Assembly (NCBI RefSeq): GCF_009914755.1 | Contig: NC_060927.1 | DNA from: the human T2T-CHM13v2.0 reference genome, Homo sapiens | DNA: 64,000 nt | Strand: one strand, 5' to 3' | Shown here: piece by piece, positions 56,584 to 64,000 of the stretch | How the letters are laid out: each line of letters opens with the position of its first letter | Position numbering within the stretch: the stretch's first letter is position 1 | Program-made: the position numbers and the translations under genes | Notes under the pieces: generated by a model | What the model was told of the DNA's origin: nothing | What the model saw: only the letters and a program-made list of their open reading frames with translations | Database searches by the model: none

Positions 56584-58023
56584 AGTGGATGGAGCAGGGA
56601 CCAGGACTAAGTTGGGATATCTGTGCACCATGTATTCGGATGGGGGATCTTGTTCCTGCCGTCTTCTCCTAGTCAGGGCACTTTTTTCACCCCAGGATTT
56701 TCTGCCACCCACAAGAGCAAAGAGAAGAGTCCAGGCCTTGGGAGTCAAAGACACATCTACATTCCACATTCCCAAGCTACATAACCCTGGGAAAGTCACG
56801 TAGCCTCTCTGACCTTTCATTTTTCTCCTCTGTAAAATGGGAAAAGTAAACTCTACCTAGAAGAGTTGTTAGAATCAAATTAGCTAAATTACATGTAGGC
56901 TCTGCCCTGGGCCTACAAGTCAGTGGTGTGCACTCCTGACTTGACACTGTGAAATCGCCAAGGACATTTGCTTCTCAGCTCTCTTCCCACTGTATCCCTG
57001 AAATTTGCAGAAAGTAGTTCTGAGGATACCTTTGTGCATGTTATTTCCACCAGCCTCAATTTCCCCATGTGTAAATAGGGTGCCCTCCTTTGCAGGGCTG
57101 GTGTAAGAAAGTAGACTTGACATGCACCCAGATCTACCTTAGCCAAAAACCAAATCCTGAATCTTGAGCTGACTAAGACCTCATGCATGGAACCCTCACA
57201 CTCTTCCCTTACTGGGCCTTAGTTCAACACTCAACACAGGGAGGAGTTACTGCATGCCTATCATGTGCCAAGTTATTTTCTTAGTCCCAAGGATACCAAC
57301 AACCTCTAGAGGACTAGATCACTTGGCACTGGAAAGCTGTCATTTCTGCTGCCCACCTCTACTGTAGCACACACAAGCTCTGGCATCAGCCGTGGGGACA
57401 GGTGCATAGACCAAGGGAGACTGGCCCTAGCTGGCTAGTCCAGGAGACATTCCTGTCACCCCGAGCAGCTGGCCCATAACTGCTGGGTGGGAGGACAGGA
57501 GGATGGATTTTCAATATCCCAATGGCCCCTCACTCCCTCCTCAGCCCAGTACTAGTCACCCGCCCTCTGACCCAGCTCAGCCCCTTTCACAGACGGTCTC
57601 CCTCCTACACCTCAGGAAATAGGACACAGCCTAGACAGCCTGTAATAGGAGTGCCCTCTGCTGCCAAATGCTGGCATCACACCTTAGAAACCTGCTCTGG
57701 ATCCCATTCTCCTGAAGGGAAGTGTATCTGAGGTGTATGGGACAGGTCTCCCTGCGCTGGGATGCCGGCCACTAATGAGCCCTGAGGTGATTTTAGGTCA
57801 AAAGTGTATTGTTGGGTTTTCTGCGTTGATGTATAGATAGGCAGGCATACAGTCAGAGGAGGATTTTACATAAAATCTGGTTTGCTGGTTTCTGAAAAAT
57901 CTAAGAATCTAGCAACAAAAGAAAGGCCTGCACTCTGACATGTCTAGAACTGGCAGGATCTGAGAGGAAACTTTCTTAGGCAGATCGTACATTCTAGCCC
58001 AATCCCTGAAAAGTTCACTTTGA

Positions 58024-58590
<567 letters not shown>

Positions 58591-58599
58591 TAAGAATGG

Positions 58600-58975
58600 T
58601 TTTAAATGCACCAAGCAAAACATAGAATTACAGAGGACATCAAAATATTGAAAATATAGCTATGAAAACATAAGAAAATGTGTAAAATAATAGCATTTTT
58701 GTTTATTAATGCATTAAATGGCAAGATCTAGCATCTGACCTAAAAGTAGTAAGAGTGTAAACAATTATTTCAAGATATCCGTAATAACTTTAATGTGATA
58801 GGAAAAAACTAATATTTAATGACAAAGTCACAGGTTCTACTAATACTACTGTGGTTTGTGGCATACATTCATAATTGGAAGGAATGATACATTTTGATTA
58901 ACAGCTAGTAAAAATAAAGAGTAAGTTCCCAGACCCCCAAAATCTCTTCACAGCCCCCTAAATTAAGAATCCCTG
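58600..58975. mobile_element. hAT-Charlie-like remnant
   Basis: CTACTGTGGTTTGTGGCATACATTCATAATTGGAAGG resembles the recalled Charlie4 consensus. Confidence 0.45.
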
Positions 58976-59733
58976 CCCCAATACCACCAAGGAGAGTGCA
59001 CTAACCTTGTAACTTAGTTTAGAAGATACATCTGAGATTCAGGGTCCTGACAATTCCCTTGGGTGAGAGAGCTCTGCCTTTATTTCTTGAAGGGGAGCAG
59101 AGTGACAGAAGGGTAGGGAAGCATGGCATGAAACCCAAAAAACAAAAAAAAAGACAGGTTGGATTACATAAAAATTTTGAAACATATATGGTGAAAACAT
59201 CCTAAATGAGGTTAAAAAACAAAGAACTAAAAAAAATGCAGTGTAATGATACAGTATTCGTGACATTAATTTATAAAGAGTGCTTACAAATCAACAAGAA
59301 ATAGAACAACTCAAAAGAAGAGTGGACAAAAGATGAGATGATTCATATAATAAAAAAAATTGCCAGTTAAACATGTAAACAACCTTACCAAAATGAACAT
59401 AAAAATTACATGTTTTAAATTATTATACTGACCAAAATTAAATAGATGTTTTAAACTGGTGAAAAGTGGGAAAATGGGCAGTTTCAAACAGCCTTCTTGA
59501 AAAATAATTATCAAAATTTAAAGTCCTCAAAAATGCAGTAATCAGGATTTTTTGCTATAGTATTACATGTACTATTAAAATTAGAATAATGTAAATATCC
59601 ACCAATCAAATAATGATTGAGTAGATTATCATGTATCCTACAATGAAACACTATGCAACCATTATAAAGAAAAAAGTATATTATATCTTGATGTGCTAAT
59701 GAAAAAAGGTACCTACGACATACACATTTTTAA

Positions 59734-60065
<332 letters not shown>

Positions 60066-60758
60066 TAACATGTATCTTATGATTCCATTTGTATTTTTTT
60101 TAACTATTTATATGAGAAACTCAGGAATGGTATTCAAAATATTTAACGAGTCTGGCACAGATACCAACCAATCAGCACTGATGCTGGCTCTTACCCTAGA
60201 GAAGGAAAGAGACAGTCCTGTTGAATTGTGGGTGGGAGTCCTGGGGAAAAAGCAAGGGCAGACAAGGTGGCAGTGCAGGGTACTTGGAAGAGACTTCTTA
60301 CCAATAAGCGTGAATATATATGCAGAGAAAGAGCGAGAGGTACCTACAAACATGACAGTAGTACCCAACACGCACTTTCACTTTTTGCCCCACACAATCC
60401 TATTTGAAATTCTAAGAATGAGTAGGATTTGAAAAAAAATTAATACAGGGAAAAACACCAGCATGAGCCTATTTGCAAAATGTAGCCTGATATAAATTCA
60501 TGGCATAGATTCACAAAAGGCCAGAAGGAATCCAGGGTTATCTGGGGTCCCAGGAACCTCACATTTCTTACCACTTACTACTCTTGCCATCATCACCACC
60601 ACCATGTTTTGAAATGTTCCTTTTCACTAAGCAAACTGGATTCATTAAGTAATACATTATTATTTTATTTGCTACATTTTTTATTAATCAAAAACATAAT
60701 TTACTGCCAGGTAAAGCTCCCTATAAACATCAAATTATCATTAATGTCAAAATGAATT

Positions 60759-60793
60759 TGTGTATGTGTGTGTGCGTGTGTGTGTGTGTGTGT
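60759..60793 (+). repeat. (TG)n microsatellite
   Basis: Direct reading. Confidence 0.9.
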
Positions 60794-60795
60794 AC

Positions 60796-61095
60796 ATTTA
60801 TTTACTTATTTATTTATTTAAGATATGGTCTCACTGTCTTGCCCAGGTTGGAGCACAGTGGTGTGATCATAGTTCACCATAACCTAGAACCCATGGGCTC
60901 AAGTGATCCTCCTTCCTTAGCCTCCCAAGTAGCTAGGACTACAGGTGAGCCACCTTGCCTGGCTATTTGTTTTTTGTAGGGACAGGGTCTTGCTGTGTTG
61001 CCCAGTCTGATCTCTAACTCCTGGGCTCAAGCAGTTCTCCCACCATGGCCTCCCAAAGTGCTGGCGTTATAGGCGTGAGCCAATGTGCGTGGCCA
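60796..61095 (-). mobile_element. AluJ
   Basis: Diverged Alu reverse complement. Confidence 0.85.
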
Positions 61096-61439
61096 ATTCA
61101 CATATTTTTGAAATATCGAAAATATTTCTAATCAAACCCCTCAAAACCCTGTTGGTCAGGAATAGTTGAAGAACCATTTGTCATGCATTCTCCAAAAATA
61201 GAAGGGAGAGACAATGTATGTGTCCCTGCTTGTCTCTAAGACAGCTAGCCCTAGAAATCCTCATCTGTGGAGACAGTCAGGAGAGCTGAAAACCAGCAGT
61301 GGTTCCTAGGACACAACCCAAAAGACAGCCATGGGGTATGGCAGCAGGCCTCAGAGCCTGACGATGGTATCAGACATCTACAAGTCCAAAGCAAGTAGCT
61401 GTGAATAAATAAAGCTGGGACATGAGACTTGACTTGTAA

Positions 61440-61799
<360 letters not shown>

Positions 61800-62315
61800 T
61801 AGATGGATATAGTTTGAAAGGGTGTCATAATTTTACGTTTGGGGGCAAATATAAACTTTTTCCCATAAAGCAAACTATCAAAAGGAAAGTTCTAGAAAAT
61901 CTTGGCTAAGTGTTTGCTGAAGAAATATTAATTTTCATACCTCCTGAAAAGAAATAATAAATTATTTATTTATTTATTTGTAATTGACAAATAAAAATTG
62001 TATATATTTATGGTGCTTTGAACATGACATTTTGAAATGCAGGAGGTAAATTTTTATGTGAATCTAAAAAGGGCAGCAGTTTTAAATAGTCTGAGTTGGT
62101 AAGTTGCTTCTGTGGGCCAATTATGACAGGGTTAATGTGTATATTGGAAAGAGGTAGGGTAGAGAACAGCAGACACCCTGGGGAGGGGAGGAGACTGTCC
62201 CAGGATCATGAGGCCAGGGATTAGGATATAAGTGCTGAGGATCTCATCTGCTTGATCCAGCTGTATCTGCAGCATCTAAATCAATGTTTGGCACATAGAC
62301 CAGGCTCAGTTAATA

Positions 62316-62321
62316 TTTATT
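62316..62321 (-). terminator. A4GNT: Probable A4GNT polyadenylation signal (AATAAA)
   Basis: First AATAAA I see downstream of the A4GNT stop codon, about 530 nt after it. Confidence 0.7.
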
Positions 62322-62850
62322 GACTGAATGCATTAATGAATGTCAAAATCAGGACTAGAAATCAAGTCTCTTTTTACCTCAGTCAATGCTCTAACAGGTC
62401 CTGGAATTAATCTTACTGTATTAAATAGAACATGTAGCAAAACTGTTAGCTGCCTATCCCAGTACCCATTTTTTCTTCCTCCTTAAACTTCCCAGCCTCT
62501 CTTGCAGCTACATCTCAGTCAGTGCAATGTAAGAGAAAGTGTTATACGGTACTTGCAGGAAGTCTTCACAAAATAAAGCAAGTGCACCTTTCCTCTTTTC
62601 TTCATCCTACTGCCTGAAATGCAAACATGGTGGGTTGGAGGTCAAGCAGTCAAATGGACCATGGGTGTATGTTTTATAGCCAGTATCATTTGGGATTTTT
62701 CTATTACAGACAGAGAAAGCTAATCCTAACTGACATTTGAGAGGCAACCCTCTGCCCACCCCGCCAAGAGACAGTGGAGATCAAGTGAAAATGTGGCACT
62801 CCAGGAAATGTCCATTTCCACACTGCAGCAGCAGCAAACGAGTGTTAGCT

Positions 62851-63465
62851 TTATTTGTTACCTGGACCCAGCTCCCCAGTCACTGACCCCTCTGGGCCTT
62901 TAATCAGGTCCCTGTAAGTCCTGGGACAGTGCTTGCGATAGAGATTTTCCACCAGTGTGTTGCTTCCTCTAATCACAGCCCGCCCCTCCTGGTTCATGTG
63001 GTTCCACAAATGCAGGGCATAAGAGACATTGAAGCTTGGCTCTGTATCCCACACTTCATAGTAGCGCCTCCACTCTCGATAGGAGATGGGGTAAAATCTT
63101 TGGGGGTGTAAGAAGGATATGTTCAGACACCTGAGGTCGCTCACCTCCTGGAAGTCTTCAAGTTTACACCATACCCTCAACATCCTTGTCATCAACTCAG
63201 GGCCTTGGTTGCCCCAAATGGCTGAATTATAGTGTTCAACAAAGTTTTCCATGCATTCCCACAAAAAGGGGTGGTGGGGGAGGAACCCAAATATTCCATT
63301 ACTAGAGTACCGAGAAGCCTGCGCAGCCAAAAAGTTCTCCTCAGGGATGGGCCTGATGGAGATGACATCGGTGTCCATGTAGATGCCACCGTATTTCCAG
63401 ATGATGGCCAGGCGGGATGCATCCGAGCTGATGTGGAGCCAGTTTCTCTCTGCGCTGGCGTTGAT
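62851..63465 (-). CDS. A4GNT: A4GNT last coding exon (alpha-1,4-N-acetylglucosaminyltransferase, GT32): INASAERNW...ELGPGNK*
   Basis: ORF 62851..63483; SDASRL...KYGGIYMDTD (DXD motif), WGNQGP, HLWN; CTGCAG acceptor just before 63465; 204 aa + TAA. Confidence 0.96.
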   Translation of the reverse strand: MNASAERNWLHISSDASRLAIIWKYGGIYMDTDVISIRPIPEENFLAAQASRYSSNGIFGFLPHHPFLWECMENFVEHYNSAIWGNQGPELMTRMLRVWCKLEDFQEVSDLRCLNISFLHPQRFYPISYREWRRYYEVWDTEPSFNVSYALHLWNHMNQEGRAVIRGSNTLVENLYRKHCPRTYRDLIKGPEGSVTGELGPGNK

Positions 63466-64000
63466 CTGCAGGAGCAGGTGCAAATCAGCCCCAAGTAGCC
63501 AGGGGAAGAGGGAGGGGCATCACAGCAGGAGGCCAGGCCCAGAGAGGCTGGGGAGGGGTTAAAGAAGCCAGCTTCCCAAAATCCTATTTGCCACAGCCCG
63601 ATTTTGCAAGTTTACCAAACTTACCTCACTCTAAAATTTTTCATTTAAGTAAAAAGTTTGCAGCAATCAGTATCAATGGGAAAGTTTTAGCAGCTTTTAA
63701 AGATTTCATGAAATGGTTTTTTTAAAAAAACATTAAAGCATTGGAAAGATAAAGAAGAAATCCAGAAAAGATTTCACTATGCACTGTATGAGTCATTCTT
63801 CAACGTGGGTGTACATAAACTACAAATATGTAACTGTAGAGGAAGAACCAAATAAAGCCCTTAAAATGCTAACAACTGACAATGAAAAAAATCAGTATGT
63901 CTGCTATTTGAAAAATTGATAAAAAAATCTTAAAATGCATACCTTTGCTCATGTATTAATTCCTTTATTATTAAAGGAATTAATTTATTGAGGGCCTATT

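Overview
Vertebrate (human-type) genomic DNA, not prokaryotic. The window holds the complete DZIP1L gene on the minus strand: 15 coding exons with GT-AG boundaries that I stitched by hand into a 2304-nt CDS (767 aa + stop), plus a non-coding first exon in a CpG island at about 53.6-54.5 kb. It also holds the last coding exon and 3'UTR of the upstream tandem gene A4GNT (minus strand), a processed KRT8 pseudogene in DZIP1L intron 2, and many primate and mammalian repeats (Alu, L1PA/L1PB/L1M, Tigger1/2a, MER2/5/21/30/63, MST/MLT1). Gene content matches human chr3q22.3 from recall. The most unusual structure is a ~600-bp inverted repeat that matches no repeat family I recognise (arms 52307-52906 and 54747-55343; 22 substitutions and 2 indels by hand alignment, ~96% identical, with patchy perfect tracts). 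It brackets the 1.84-kb segment holding the DZIP1L promoter, CpG island and exon 1, which is the architecture of a potentially invertible promoter cassette. Other notable points are a strong-Kozak uORF overlapping the weak DZIP1L start codon, alternative splice donors and several rearranged L1 insertions. Repeat subfamily calls and boundaries are by eye and approximate.
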